Below, in pieces: positions 17,519-27,653 of a DNA stretch of 64,000 nt (positions are counted from its first letter, which is position 1; each line of letters starts with the position of its first letter). The DNA lies in NCBI GenBank assembly GCA_965215505.1, contig OZ244065.1, positions 2,304,001 through 2,368,000 of the forward strand. The letters run 5' to 3'. The position numbers and the translations under genes were made by a program. Source of the DNA: Capsulimonadaceae bacterium. GTDB lineage: Bacteria > Armatimonadota > Armatimonadia > Armatimonadales > Capsulimonadaceae. The notes beneath the pieces are model-generated. The model saw nothing but the letters and a program-made list of their open reading frames with translations. It did no database searches and was not told where the DNA came from.

Positions 17519-17653
17519 GTCACGGGTTCCTCGAAATCAGTATACCCAACAGTCCGCCCGGAATGTGGCACGGCAGCCGGACAAACGCTTTGTGTCTCCT
17601 GCTCGGCAGGGGCCGCCCGATTCGCGCCCGGTTTCGGGTACAGTGGTTGCGCC

Positions 17654-18736
17654 ATGACCCAAACCGCGTTTATCCCGAACACCGAGGCCCCCGCCGCTTC
17701 GCCCGTGAACCAGAAGACCGTCTACGTCATCTTCAACCCGGTCTCGGGCAAGAGCGACCCGGAGGGGCGCAAGAAGGTGATCTCCGACGCCCTGGCCGCC
17801 CACGACTACACCTGCCAGTTCATCGCCACCACGAAGGAGCAGGGCGCGAAGGCCTGCGCCGAGGAGGCCTTGCGGCTCGGCGCGGACCTACTGGCCGTCT
17901 CGGGCGGCGACGGGACCGTCATGGAGGCCATGTCCGCCCTGGTCGGCACGGACACCCCCATCGCCGTCTTCCCCGCCGGGACCGGCAACCTGCTCTCCAT
18001 CAATCTCGGCATCCCGACCACCGTTCCCGACGCCGTGGATGTCGCCCTGGGCGGAAACCTGTATGCCCTGGACCTCGCCCGCACGGGGGACGGCCGGTAC
18101 TTCGCCATCATGGGGGGCCTGGGCATGGACGCCCAGATGATCGCCGATGCCGACCGGGAGGCGAAAAACAAGATGGGCAAGATGGCCTACTTCGTCGCCG
18201 CCGTCAAGAACCTGCCCCGCCGCCGGCTCCGCGTGGAGATCACCCTGGACGACCGCCCGCCCCTGCGCCGCCGCGTCAAGTCCGTCCTGCTGGCGAACAT
18301 GGGCAAGATCACCGGCGGGCTGGACGCCATGCCGACCGCCTCCCCCAACGACGGCCTGCTGGACGTGGGCCTGCTGAAAGCGGCCACGCTCGGCCACTGG
18401 GTCCACCTGATGGGGAGCGCCCTGCTGGGCCGCGCCCACCAGGACCCCTCCCTGGAGGTCTACCAGGCCCGCAAGGTGGTCCTGCGCCTGCGCCGTCCCC
18501 AGCCCGTCCAGTTCGACGGCGAGGACGGGGGCCGGACGCGCGAGTTGACTGTCGAGATCGTCCCCCACGCCGTCAATGTGCTGATCCCCGAGGCCGCGCC
18601 CGGCACCCAGGAGGCCCAGGACCTCCCGCCCGCCGTCGTCGCCGAGCGGACCGCCAAGCGCCGCCTGCTGGTCCCCCTGGCCCTGCTCCTGCTGGCCGTC
18701 GGGTCTGCACTGGCCTGGCGGCAGCGCAAACCGTAG
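17654..18736 (+). CDS. Diacylglycerol/lipid kinase family (YegS/BmrU) with C-terminal TM helix
   Basis: FNPVSG, GGDGT, PAGTGN, PNDGLLD, QFDGE. Confidence 0.92.
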   Translation: MTQTAFIPNTEAPAASPVNQKTVYVIFNPVSGKSDPEGRKKVISDALAAHDYTCQFIATTKEQGAKACAEEALRLGADLLAVSGGDGTVMEAMSALVGTDTPIAVFPAGTGNLLSINLGIPTTVPDAVDVALGGNLYALDLARTGDGRYFAIMGGLGMDAQMIADADREAKNKMGKMAYFVAAVKNLPRRRLRVEITLDDRPPLRRRVKSVLLANMGKITGGLDAMPTASPNDGLLDVGLLKAATLGHWVHLMGSALLGRAHQDPSLEVYQARKVVLRLRRPQPVQFDGEDGGRTRELTVEIVPHAVNVLIPEAAPGTQEAQDLPPAVVAERTAKRRLLVPLALLLLAVGSALAWRQRKP

Positions 18737-18757
18737 GGGCGCGATTCATTGCGCCCC
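18733..18757 (+). repeat. REP-like element (GTAG + hairpin) overlapping the stop codon
   Basis: GTAGGGGCGCGATTCATTGCGCCCC; its TAG is the kinase stop codon. Confidence 0.75.
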
Positions 18758-18816
18758 CTTCTATCATCGCGCCCTCCTCTACTACTGCGACTGGGACAAA
18801 GACGCCCAGCCACTTG

Positions 18817-19341
18817 CTAGAGTGGGTCGGACGGCCGAGTGTCAGGCACCGAGCATTGTGAAGCCGCGGGCAGTCCTGGCCTTGACGAGACATACTCTTG
18901 TGCGTCATCCGCGCTGAATGCGAAGACGCGGCACCCCTGCTCCCATGCTTTTTTCAGCATCACTTTCGCTTCCGCTCTGGCCTCCTCCGCAGTGAGTTCT
19001 CCTGGGTGGCTCCAAATCAGCATCGCCAGGTTGTGAGTTGCAGTCCCGATCCCCTGGTCAGACGCCTTTGTTAGCCACTTGATGGCCTCCGGGTTATCCA
19101 GTTCTTCCCAGAGTGCCATTTCCTCCCTGCTGAGGCGGCTCCACCCATCCTCATCCTCCGGCTTGGGAAACCTGTAGAGGCTGTCCGTATACAGAAACCC
19201 TACACAGGCCTGTGCCTCCGCGTTCCCAGCCTCGGCTAACGGCAGCAGAATGGCGAGTGCGGCGGAGTAGTTATTAGCCTCTACGGCGGCCAGCCCATGT
19301 TGGAACTGCTCCTGATCGCTTTGCACGCGGCGATACCTCAT
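18817..19341 (-). CDS. Sel1-repeat protein
   Basis: LPLAEAGNAEAQACVGFLY and AIKWLTKASDQGIGTATHNLA; lower GC than neighbours. Confidence 0.8.
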   Translation of the reverse strand: MRYRRVQSDQEQFQHGLAAVEANNYSAALAILLPLAEAGNAEAQACVGFLYTDSLYRFPKPEDEDGWSRLSREEMALWEELDNPEAIKWLTKASDQGIGTATHNLAMLIWSHPGELTAEEARAEAKVMLKKAWEQGCRVFAFSADDAQEYVSSRPGLPAASQCSVPDTRPSDPL

Positions 19342-19361
19342 AAACACCGGAACCGGCGCGC

Positions 19362-20378
19362 TCACAGCGGCAGCATTTGCGCCTGCCCCGTGTCCGCCGA
19401 GCGCAGGCCCGCCTCCAGAATCTCCTGCGCGTCGCGGCTGACCTGGGCGGAGCAGAAGCCCTCGATGGGTGCCCCCGTTTCCAGGCAGTGCAGGAGGTAT
19501 TCGGGGGCGTTCCGGTGCGGAGCGACGGGGGCGGGGGGCGTGATCGTCTCGGCCGCGTGGCCGGGGCGCTGCCAGACCACCTTGTCGCCCGCGACGGACA
19601 GCGAGCCGCCTACCCCGTAGGCGATGGGGTTCGCGCCCTCGGCGTAGGGGACGGTCTGGGTCCAGGAGGCCTCGGCGATGCCGAAGGCGTGAGGGTACTT
19701 CATCAGGATGATGGCGTTGTCGTCGGGGACGGGGTAGTCCTTGACGAACACGCCGCGCATCCCCATCACCTGCGTCGGGACGCCGAGGAAGCGGGCGTTC
19801 ATGTCGGCGGCGTAGCCGCAGTAGTCCATCAGGGCACCCGCGCCGTTCTTCTCGGCGTCGTACAGCCACTCGTAGAAGAACGGGTCGCAGCCGATCTCCT
19901 TGGGGCCGTTGTGGGCGGACCGGTACTTGAGGTAGGTGATCGCACCGATGTCGCCCGCGACCAACCGGCGCTCCCACTCCTGGATCGCCGGGGACCAGGC
20001 CGTCGGCCAGTTGATCAGCAGGCGCGTCCCGGCCTCCCGCGCGGCCCGCAGCATCCGGTCCGCCTGGGCCAAGGTCGCCGCCATCGGCTTCTCGCTGATG
20101 ACGTGGATGCCCTTCGCGGCGCAGGCCTCCACGATGTCCGCGCCGACGCTGTTCTCCGAGGCGGCCTGCACGATGTCCAGATCTTCTTTGGCGATCATCT
20201 CCTGCCACGAGTCGTAGACCCGCGCGATGCCGCCCGCCCGTGCCCGCTCCCGCAGGGGCGCGTTGACGTCCCCCGCCGCGACCAGCTCCACGTCGGGCAG
20301 CGCCTCCCAGTGATTCAGCTCGCCCCAGACGTGGTCATGCACCATCGTCGCCACGCCCACTTTGTACGTTTTCGCCAT
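19362..20378 (-). CDS. Gfo/Idh/MocA family oxidoreductase
   Basis: HVISEKPMA, GAGALMDYCGY; GGAGG RBS before ATG 20378. Confidence 0.9.
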   Translation of the reverse strand: MAKTYKVGVATMVHDHVWGELNHWEALPDVELVAAGDVNAPLRERARAGGIARVYDSWQEMIAKEDLDIVQAASENSVGADIVEACAAKGIHVISEKPMAATLAQADRMLRAAREAGTRLLINWPTAWSPAIQEWERRLVAGDIGAITYLKYRSAHNGPKEIGCDPFFYEWLYDAEKNGAGALMDYCGYAADMNARFLGVPTQVMGMRGVFVKDYPVPDDNAIILMKYPHAFGIAEASWTQTVPYAEGANPIAYGVGGSLSVAGDKVVWQRPGHAAETITPPAPVAPHRNAPEYLLHCLETGAPIEGFCSAQVSRDAQEILEAGLRSADTGQAQMLPL

Positions 20379-20525
20379 GCCGTCCTCCCGTCCGTTCACC
20401 TTGCGGTAAGGATACGCGGCGCGTGGCTGAATCTCCTTTGCCTCTTGCGCTCCGGCCTGATTTCGTATATAATAAAGTGTAGAAGAGGGCGGGCCGGAAG
20501 ATTGGCCCGCGCGGAAGGAACACGT

Positions 20526-20822
20526 ATGACATTTCTCCATGAGCATCGGGGCTTGACGCGGCGGCTGTGCCTGGCCGGCGCGGGCGCGGCCCTGGTCGCC
20601 CTGCTGGCCGGGTGCGGCGGCGGGGGCGGCAACGGCAACAACGACGGCGGCACGACTGGCACCACGGGGACCAGCAGCGGCACGACAGGAACCACGGGCA
20701 CGACCGGGACGACCGGCACTACGGGGACTACAGGCACCACGGGAACGACAGGGACGACCGGCACCAACTCCGGCAGCAGCAGCCCGCCCGCCCCGCCGAT
20801 CCTGCCTTTCATACGCAAGTGA
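20526..20822 (+). CDS. Small Tat-type lipoprotein made of Gly-Thr-Thr repeats (98 aa)
   Basis: LTRRLCL twin-Arg, lipobox LAGC, 11 GTT triplets; AAGGA RBS and TATAAT at 20468-20473. Confidence 0.75.
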   Translation: MTFLHEHRGLTRRLCLAGAGAALVALLAGCGGGGGNGNNDGGTTGTTGTSSGTTGTTGTTGTTGTTGTTGTTGTTGTTGTNSGSSSPPAPPILPFIRK

Positions 20823-21649
20823 GTCCGCGCAGCCTGCGACTGCTCCTGGGTCTGCTGGGGGCGGCGTTCGTCGCCCTGACCGCCTGGTCCCTACGCTACT
20901 TTTCCCATTCCCAGATGCTCACCGCTTTGGGACAGGACTACGCCCAGCCCGGCCTGGGACAGATCGGGCTGAAGGCAGGGGATGTGCTTGTGGTCGCGCA
21001 CGAGCAGGGGCGGCGGCGCTGGCGCGTGTCGGCCCGGACGCTGACCCTGAGCCGCGACCGGCGCTCGGTGAGCGTGGACGGCATCAAGCAGGGGACCTTG
21101 TACGGTGCGGACGGGAAGCCGGAAATCTCGCTGGACGCCGGCCACGCCCTCTACGCCACCCCGTTCGGCCAGATCGGGACGGGGGCGATGGGGACATTGC
21201 GGGTGGACGGCGGCGTCCGGGCCATCCTCCTCAGCGCCCAGCGTCCCGTCCTGACCAGCCGGGCGCTGGCCTGGGATGCGGCCCGCAGTGAGTTGTCCAG
21301 CCCCGGCCCGGTCACCGCGTCCGTCTCCCGGCTGTCAGTGACGGCAGGGAACGGCACCTACGACAAGCCGCCCGGCGCGGCGACTGAGTCCGCGCGCGGC
21401 ACGTTGCGGCTCGGCGGTGGCGTCCGCGCCCTCCTCCACAGTGCGCGCGGCCCGGTCACTCTGGACTGCCCCGGCCTGACCTGGGACGCCGCCCAAAATG
21501 AGGTGCAGAGTCTGGGGCCGGTGACGGCCCTCATCCCTGGCGACCGTGGCACGGCGACCGTCACCGCCGCCGAGGCGAACACCAAGACGGGCTACCTGAC
21601 GCTGCACGACTTCCGGGGAACAGTTCGGTTGCCCAAAGGGGTAGAATGA
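20819..21649 (+). CDS. LptC-like (OstA beta-jellyroll) membrane-anchored protein
   Basis: N-terminal TM helix, G...W.V.A, and repeated L.WD.....L.S.GPV motifs; GTGA overlap with the upstream gene. Confidence 0.6.
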   Translation: MSPRSLRLLLGLLGAAFVALTAWSLRYFSHSQMLTALGQDYAQPGLGQIGLKAGDVLVVAHEQGRRRWRVSARTLTLSRDRRSVSVDGIKQGTLYGADGKPEISLDAGHALYATPFGQIGTGAMGTLRVDGGVRAILLSAQRPVLTSRALAWDAARSELSSPGPVTASVSRLSVTAGNGTYDKPPGAATESARGTLRLGGGVRALLHSARGPVTLDCPGLTWDAAQNEVQSLGPVTALIPGDRGTATVTAAEANTKTGYLTLHDFRGTVRLPKGVE

Positions 21650-22668
21650 ACATCATGCGTACCCAGCGACCACTCCTCCAGCGACCGTACCTCTGGGGCG
21701 TCCTCCTTCTGGCCATCCCCGTCCTGGTGACGGGCCGGACCGGGGGGACGCTGCGTGCCGCCCCCGCGCCCGCCCCCAAGCCGCCCGGCGACATCGGTGT
21801 ACAGGCCGGGCTGACAAAGTACCTCGCCGACCCGCGTATGACTGCACTGAGCGAGGGCATCCAGTTCACGCAGGACGACGCGGTCATGAAGACCGATCAC
21901 GCCACCGCCCTCCACGACAAGGACGGGAGCCTCCTGAGTGCCGACGCGCCCGGCCCGGTCCACCTATACGATCCACAGGATGACCTGACGGGGCAGCACG
22001 GGACGATAGACTTCACCAGCCACCTTGCGAAGCTGTCCGGAGACGTGATCCTGCGCGTCACGCCCGGCAAGCGTGAGGCGGAGGCCCCCGACGGATCCCC
22101 GCGCCGCCAGTTCAAGGACCCGGCCACGGTGACCTGCGCCCTGATGACCTACGACTACAGGCGCAAGGTCGGCAAGATCCCCGGCCCGCTCACGGTCCGC
22201 CAGATTATCCAGCGCCCGGAAGGGGCGCTGACCCGCACCCTGACCGCCGACACCGGCCTCTACAGCGGGCGGGCGCAGACCATCCTGCTGGCCGGCACGG
22301 TTAAAGGGGAGGACAGCGACGGTAACGTCATCAACGCGGACACCCGCGCCAGCGGCAAGCCCATCGTCATCGGCATCAAGGAAGGGTCCGAGTACCTCAG
22401 CGTCCCGTTCAAAACCAACGGCCGGTTCAAAGTGAAGCCGCAGGCGGATGACGGCAAGGAGGGCGGGGACGGCCTGGATGAAGTGCCGCCCGTCCCGCCC
22501 GCGCCCGTGTCGCCGTCGGGCAGCGTGCCCAATACCATCACGAACATCGCGCCGCCCGCCCCGGCATCCACACCGGCCACGCCGCCCGCGACAGTCACGC
22601 CTCCTGCATCGGCTCCGCCCGCCACAGGAACCGCGCCACCCGCCCCGGCGGGGACGGGCAAGCCGTGA
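21646..22668 (+). CDS. LptA/OstA-like exported protein with Pro-rich tail
   Basis: Signal peptide; LTGQHGTIDF...AKLSGDV and LTADTGLY...LAGTV strands; follows the LptC-like gene. Confidence 0.55.
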   Translation: MNIMRTQRPLLQRPYLWGVLLLAIPVLVTGRTGGTLRAAPAPAPKPPGDIGVQAGLTKYLADPRMTALSEGIQFTQDDAVMKTDHATALHDKDGSLLSADAPGPVHLYDPQDDLTGQHGTIDFTSHLAKLSGDVILRVTPGKREAEAPDGSPRRQFKDPATVTCALMTYDYRRKVGKIPGPLTVRQIIQRPEGALTRTLTADTGLYSGRAQTILLAGTVKGEDSDGNVINADTRASGKPIVIGIKEGSEYLSVPFKTNGRFKVKPQADDGKEGGDGLDEVPPVPPAPVSPSGSVPNTITNIAPPAPASTPATPPATVTPPASAPPATGTAPPAPAGTGKP

Positions 22669-23789
22669 GCGACATCCTGCACGGGATCGCCGCCCGGCCC
22701 GGCGTCGCCATCGCGGTCGCCGCCCGCCTGCATGACGACCTCGGCGTGCCCTCGCTCGCCCCCGAGCGGCTGCGGCGGCTCGGCGAGCGGCTGCGCTCCT
22801 ACGGCGTAGACAACCCCGAGCCGGAGCAGATCATCGTCGTCGCCGACCGCATCCCACCCGCCTTCTGGCTGGCCCCCCTGCCCGGCGTCCAGGTGGTCGG
22901 GCTAGCGGCAGCTAACACCGCGCCCCTTGCCCCGCCGCCCGATCTGCCCGTCGTGCTGGGGCTGGACGAGGCCGCCCTCGCCGCCATCGAGGAGGACGAC
23001 ATCCTGATTGTGGACGGCGACCGGGGCCGCGTCTATGTCGCCCCCGACGCCGCCACGGTGGCCCGCTACCAGGCCCCGTTCCTTTCCACGCGCCGCTTCT
23101 TCCTGGAAGGCTCACACCTGCCCGCCCGGACCGCCTCGGACAACCGCCTGATCTCGGTCCTGTGTTCCGCCCAAACTCTGGCCGAGGCGGAGGAGGCAAT
23201 GAAGTCCGGCGCGGACGGCCTGGTCGTCCCCGAAGGCAACGACTTCCTGGGGTCCGAGTCCCTGCCTCAGACGGCGGGCGAGCAGGCACAGATGCTGGGC
23301 GACCTGGCCCGGATCATCGGTGGCCAGCCGCTCACCCTGGACATCCCGCCGGAGCGGCTGGCCCTGACCGCCCTGGCGCGCGGCGCGGCTCGCCTTCCCC
23401 TGCACCTGGTCCTGCGGGACTGGGACGAGCTGCCCGACCTTTTGGGGCGCATTGAGGAGATCGAGGCCGCTCTGGAGCAGGACGACGCCCTGTTCGGCCG
23501 GGTCAAGATCGAAGCCGGGCTGGACGCCTCGGATGACGGGGACGATCTGCCCGAGTCGCTGGACGGTTTTTCGGGCGTGTTCGTGGCGGGGAGCATCCTG
23601 GACGCCTCCTGGGAACTCCTGCTGCCCGCCGTCGGCCAGGCGCGGCACGCGGGCAAGCCGGTCACGGTCGCCCTGGACGGCGACTGGTGGCCGCAGGTCT
23701 TGGGCGACGCCGTGGGCATGGGCTTCAGCCGGCTCATCGTCCCCGCCGCCGCCGTCGCGGACGTCAAGGACGCCGTGCGCGAGCTTTGA
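22665..23789 (+). CDS. Degenerate PTS Enzyme I (PEP-utiliser)-like protein
   Basis: GIAARPGVAI, PVVLG...LIVDGDRGRVYVAP, LPARTASD, GADG, LP..AGEQ are collinear with PtsI; phospho-His motif absent. Confidence 0.65.
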   Translation: MSDILHGIAARPGVAIAVAARLHDDLGVPSLAPERLRRLGERLRSYGVDNPEPEQIIVVADRIPPAFWLAPLPGVQVVGLAAANTAPLAPPPDLPVVLGLDEAALAAIEEDDILIVDGDRGRVYVAPDAATVARYQAPFLSTRRFFLEGSHLPARTASDNRLISVLCSAQTLAEAEEAMKSGADGLVVPEGNDFLGSESLPQTAGEQAQMLGDLARIIGGQPLTLDIPPERLALTALARGAARLPLHLVLRDWDELPDLLGRIEEIEAALEQDDALFGRVKIEAGLDASDDGDDLPESLDGFSGVFVAGSILDASWELLLPAVGQARHAGKPVTVALDGDWWPQVLGDAVGMGFSRLIVPAAAVADVKDAVREL

Positions 23790-23793
23790 CGTG

Positions 23794-24594
23794 ATGACCA
23801 CCCCCCTCGCCGTCACCACCGCCATCAATCCGGGCATCGCTGTTGAGGCGCAGGCCCAGAGCATCGCCGCCGAACTCGGGGCACCCTTCGTCCCGCGCCT
23901 CGCCCGCCCCCTGCCCCAGATATTCGAAGCCGCCCAGGCCACGCGCCTGCTGATCGCCGGGGCGGACCACCTGCGCCTGCGGGACGGGGCGACCGGGACG
24001 GAATACTACTTCCACCCGAATCTATTCCTAATTCGCGGCTCGAACGTCTTGCGCGGCGTGCCGGACCATTTCCTGGAGGCCACGAGCCTCGGCCCCGGCG
24101 ATTTGCTTCTGGACTGCACCCTGGGCTTCGCGTCCGAGGCCGCCCTGGCTTCCCTGGTCGTCGGGGAACGCGGGTCGGTCGTCGGCTTGGAGAGCGTCCC
24201 CGAACTCGCCGCCGTCGCCCGCGCGGGTGTCCGGGACTTCCCCATGACGAGCGCCATGCTGGGAGCCGCCCTGCGCCGCGTCCGGGTCGTCACCGCCGAC
24301 AACGGCGCGTACCTGCGCGGCTGCGCGGCGCGTTCGTTCGACGTGGTCTATTTCGACCCGTTCTTTGACAAGCGGCTGACCGGCTCCGAGGCTTCGGTCA
24401 GCCCGCTCTTCGTCTTCGGCAACCCCGCCCCGCTCGACCCCGACGCCGTCCGGGAGGCCTGCCGCGTCACCCGCCGCCGCGTCGTCATCAAGCACCCGCG
24501 CCACGAGCCGCTGCCCGCTGGGGTGTCGGCGCGGGTCACCGAGACAGTCGGCAGCCGCAAGAGCCGCCTGGTGTACGCGGTGATCAGGGTGTGA
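23794..24594 (+). CDS. Class I SAM-dependent methyltransferase (RsmJ/YhiQ-like)
   Basis: LLDCTLGFASEA, VVGLES, FDVVYFDPFF. Confidence 0.8.
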   Translation: MTTPLAVTTAINPGIAVEAQAQSIAAELGAPFVPRLARPLPQIFEAAQATRLLIAGADHLRLRDGATGTEYYFHPNLFLIRGSNVLRGVPDHFLEATSLGPGDLLLDCTLGFASEAALASLVVGERGSVVGLESVPELAAVARAGVRDFPMTSAMLGAALRRVRVVTADNGAYLRGCAARSFDVVYFDPFFDKRLTGSEASVSPLFVFGNPAPLDPDAVREACRVTRRRVVIKHPRHEPLPAGVSARVTETVGSRKSRLVYAVIRV

Positions 24595-24668
24595 TGAACC
24601 CACTTCCCCCGCATTTTAGGGTACAATTGTCGGGAACATTCATCGCCACAGAGTAAGGTTTAGGACTA

Positions 24669-27653
24669 ATGAGCGATTTAGACGAATTTTATGGACCCAA
24701 TGCCGGGTATGTACTCGACCTCTACGACCGCTACCAGCAGGACCCCAGCACGGTAGACCCCGCCACCCGCGCTGCCTTCCAGGACTGGACCCCACACGCC
24801 GAGACGCCTCACCGCAATGGGTCTGGCAACGGGTCCGTAAACGGCTCCATGAATGGGAGTGCGGCGAATGGGGCGGCGGCGAAGTCCAGCCCGACCGACT
24901 TCGCGGCCTGCCCGCTCCCGTCCGCGCCCCCAGCGCCGCCGCAGGTGGACGTGATGAAGATCGTCGGCGCGGCCCGCGTCACCCGGATGGTGCGCGAGCT
25001 TGGGCACCTGACCGCCCACGTTGACCCGCTCGGCAGCGAGCCGCCCGGCGACCCCGGCCTGGAACTCGCGACGCACGGCCTGACCACCGAGGACCTGGCC
25101 GCCCTCCCGGCCAGCGTTGTCGGCGGGCCGCTGGCCCAGGACGCCGCCAACGCCCTGGAAGCCCTGGGCCGTCTGCGGAAAGCTTATTCCGGCCCCATCG
25201 GCTACGAGGACAACCACCTCCAGACACCCGAGGAGCGCGAGTGGATGCGCGATGCGGCGGAAAGCCGGAGGTTCTTCAAGAGCATCGGCACGGCGGACAG
25301 GCGCAACATACTGAAGCGTCTGACCGAGGTCGAGTCGCTGGAGAAGTTCCTGCACACGACCTTCGTCGGGGCCAAGCGATTCTCCATCGAGGGCGTTGAC
25401 ATCCTCGTGCCGATGCTCGACCAGATCATCCACGAGGCCGCCCTGAGCCACACCCACGAGGTCGTCATGGGCATGGCCCACCGGGGGCGGCTGAACGTCC
25501 TGGCGCACGTCCTGGGCAAGCCCTACACAGACATCCTCCAGGAGTTCAAGTCCTCCAAGCAGGACGAGAGCGCCTCGGTCGCGGGCGGCTCCCAGCAGGG
25601 CTACTCGGGCGACGTCATCTACCATGGCGGCGCGCGGCGCGACTTCAGCGACAACGGCATCGAGGAGATGCCGATCACGCTCACCCCAAACCCCAGCCAC
25701 CTGGAGTTCGTGGACCCGGTCGTCGAGGGACGGGCGCGCGCCGCCCAGGAGGAGCGCAAGAAGCCGGGGCCGCCGGAGCAGAACCCGCAGGCCTCGCTCG
25801 CCATCCTGATCCACGGCGACGCCGCCTTCCCCGGCCAGGGCATCGTCCCCGAGACTCTGAACCTGTCCAGCCTGCCCGGCTACTCGGTCGGCGGGACGGT
25901 CCACATCATCACTAACAACCAGATCGGGTTCACCACGGCCCCGCGCGACTCGCGCTCGACCTTGTACGCCTCGGACCTCGCCAAAGGGTTTGAGATCCCC
26001 ATCGTCCATGTCAACGCCGATGACGCCGAGGCGTGCATCGCCGCCGCCCGCATGGCCTTCGCCTATCGGGAGAAGTTCGGCAAGGACTTCCTGATCGACC
26101 TGGTCGGCTACCGCCGCTGGGGCCACAACGAGGGCGAAGAGCCGGCCTACACCCAGCCGCGCATGTATGAGATGATCAAGGCGCACCCGACTATCCGCGA
26201 GTCCTACGCCAAGCAGCTGGAAAAGCAGGACGTCGTGACGCGCGACGAGGCGCAGGAGATGGTCGCGGCCGTCATGCAGCGCTTGTCGGAGGCCCGGACC
26301 AAGCCGACCGGCAAGGGTCTGGGCAAGGGGTCGGCGCTGCCCGAGGGCTTCACCGAACTCGCAAAAAACGTCAAAACGAACGTCCCCGCCGAACGGCTGC
26401 GGGCGCTCAATGAGGCGCTCCTGGTCCGCCCGGAGGGTTTCACGCCCAATGCCAAGCTGGAACGGCTGACCTTCCAAGCGCGCCGCGCGGCGATGGAAAG
26501 CGGGGAGGGCATCCGCTGGGCGCACGCCGAGACGCTGGCGTTCGCGTCCATCCTCGCCGACGGCACCCCCATCCGGCTGTCGGGGCAGGACTCACAGGCG
26601 GGCACTTTCAGCCAGCGCCACTCGGTCCTGCATGACCCGATGACGGGCGAAACCTACTGCCCGCTCCAGGCACTTCCCGAGGCGAAAGCTTCCTTCGCCG
26701 TCGTCAACAGCCCGCTGTCCGAGAACGCCGTGCTGGGCTTCGAGTACGGCTACTCGATGCACGCGACCGGCTGCCTCGTCCTGTGGGAAGCCCAGTTCGG
26801 CGACTTCGCCAACGGCGCACAGGTGATCGTCGACCAGTTCATCTCTTCCGGGAACGCCAAGTGGCAGCAGACCCCCTCGCTGGTCCTGCTCCTGCCGCAC
26901 GGCTATGAGGGCCAGGGGCCGGAGCATTCCAGCGCCCGCCTGGAGCGGTACTTGCAGCTCGCCGCCAACGACAACATGCGGGTCGCCTATCCCACGACGG
27001 CCGCCCAGTATTTCCACATCCTGCGCCGCCAGGCCGGCCTGCTCTGGGACGCCCCGCGCCCGCTCGTGCTGATGACGCCCAAGGGCTTGCTCAAAGTGGA
27101 CACCCCCCCGGTCGCCTCCACGCTCCAGGACCTAACCGAAGGCGCGTTCCAGCCCATGCTGGACGACCCGCGCCCGCGCGAGCGGGCGGAGGGCGTGACC
27201 CGGCTGGTGCTGTGCAGCGGCAAGGTCTATGTGGACCTGACCGCCAACAAGGATAAGGATAAGGACATCCGCGAGAGGTATGAGGCAGCACAGAACGTCG
27301 CCGTCGCGCGTATCGAAGAACTCTACCCCTTCCCCTACGCCGAGTTGGAGAAGATCATGCAGGGCTACCCGAACCTGCGCGAAGTGGTCTGGCTCCAGGA
27401 AGAGCCGCGCAACACCGGCGCCTGGGTCTTCGTCTCGTCCCGCATCCGCAGCCTGCTGCCGCCCGGCATGGAGCTGACCTATATCGGCCGCCCGAAGGCG
27501 GCAAGCCCCTCCGAGGGGTCCAAGCGCCGCCACGATGTCGAGCAGGGCCGCCTGCTGTCCGCCGTGTTCAGCGAGCTGCCCAAGCCGGGCCGGAACGGCG
27601 TCAAAACGAACGGCGCGAAAACGAAAAGGAGCGTCCCTGTCCATGCCAGTTGA
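24669..27653 (+). CDS. sucA: 2-oxoglutarate dehydrogenase E1
   Basis: [53 protein letters not shown]. Confidence 0.97.
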   Translation: MSDLDEFYGPNAGYVLDLYDRYQQDPSTVDPATRAAFQDWTPHAETPHRNGSGNGSVNGSMNGSAANGAAAKSSPTDFAACPLPSAPPAPPQVDVMKIVGAARVTRMVRELGHLTAHVDPLGSEPPGDPGLELATHGLTTEDLAALPASVVGGPLAQDAANALEALGRLRKAYSGPIGYEDNHLQTPEEREWMRDAAESRRFFKSIGTADRRNILKRLTEVESLEKFLHTTFVGAKRFSIEGVDILVPMLDQIIHEAALSHTHEVVMGMAHRGRLNVLAHVLGKPYTDILQEFKSSKQDESASVAGGSQQGYSGDVIYHGGARRDFSDNGIEEMPITLTPNPSHLEFVDPVVEGRARAAQEERKKPGPPEQNPQASLAILIHGDAAFPGQGIVPETLNLSSLPGYSVGGTVHIITNNQIGFTTAPRDSRSTLYASDLAKGFEIPIVHVNADDAEACIAAARMAFAYREKFGKDFLIDLVGYRRWGHNEGEEPAYTQPRMYEMIKAHPTIRESYAKQLEKQDVVTRDEAQEMVAAVMQRLSEARTKPTGKGLGKGSALPEGFTELAKNVKTNVPAERLRALNEALLVRPEGFTPNAKLERLTFQARRAAMESGEGIRWAHAETLAFASILADGTPIRLSGQDSQAGTFSQRHSVLHDPMTGETYCPLQALPEAKASFAVVNSPLSENAVLGFEYGYSMHATGCLVLWEAQFGDFANGAQVIVDQFISSGNAKWQQTPSLVLLLPHGYEGQGPEHSSARLERYLQLAANDNMRVAYPTTAAQYFHILRRQAGLLWDAPRPLVLMTPKGLLKVDTPPVASTLQDLTEGAFQPMLDDPRPRERAEGVTRLVLCSGKVYVDLTANKDKDKDIRERYEAAQNVAVARIEELYPFPYAELEKIMQGYPNLREVVWLQEEPRNTGAWVFVSSRIRSLLPPGMELTYIGRPKAASPSEGSKRRHDVEQGRLLSAVFSELPKPGRNGVKTNGAKTKRSVPVHAS

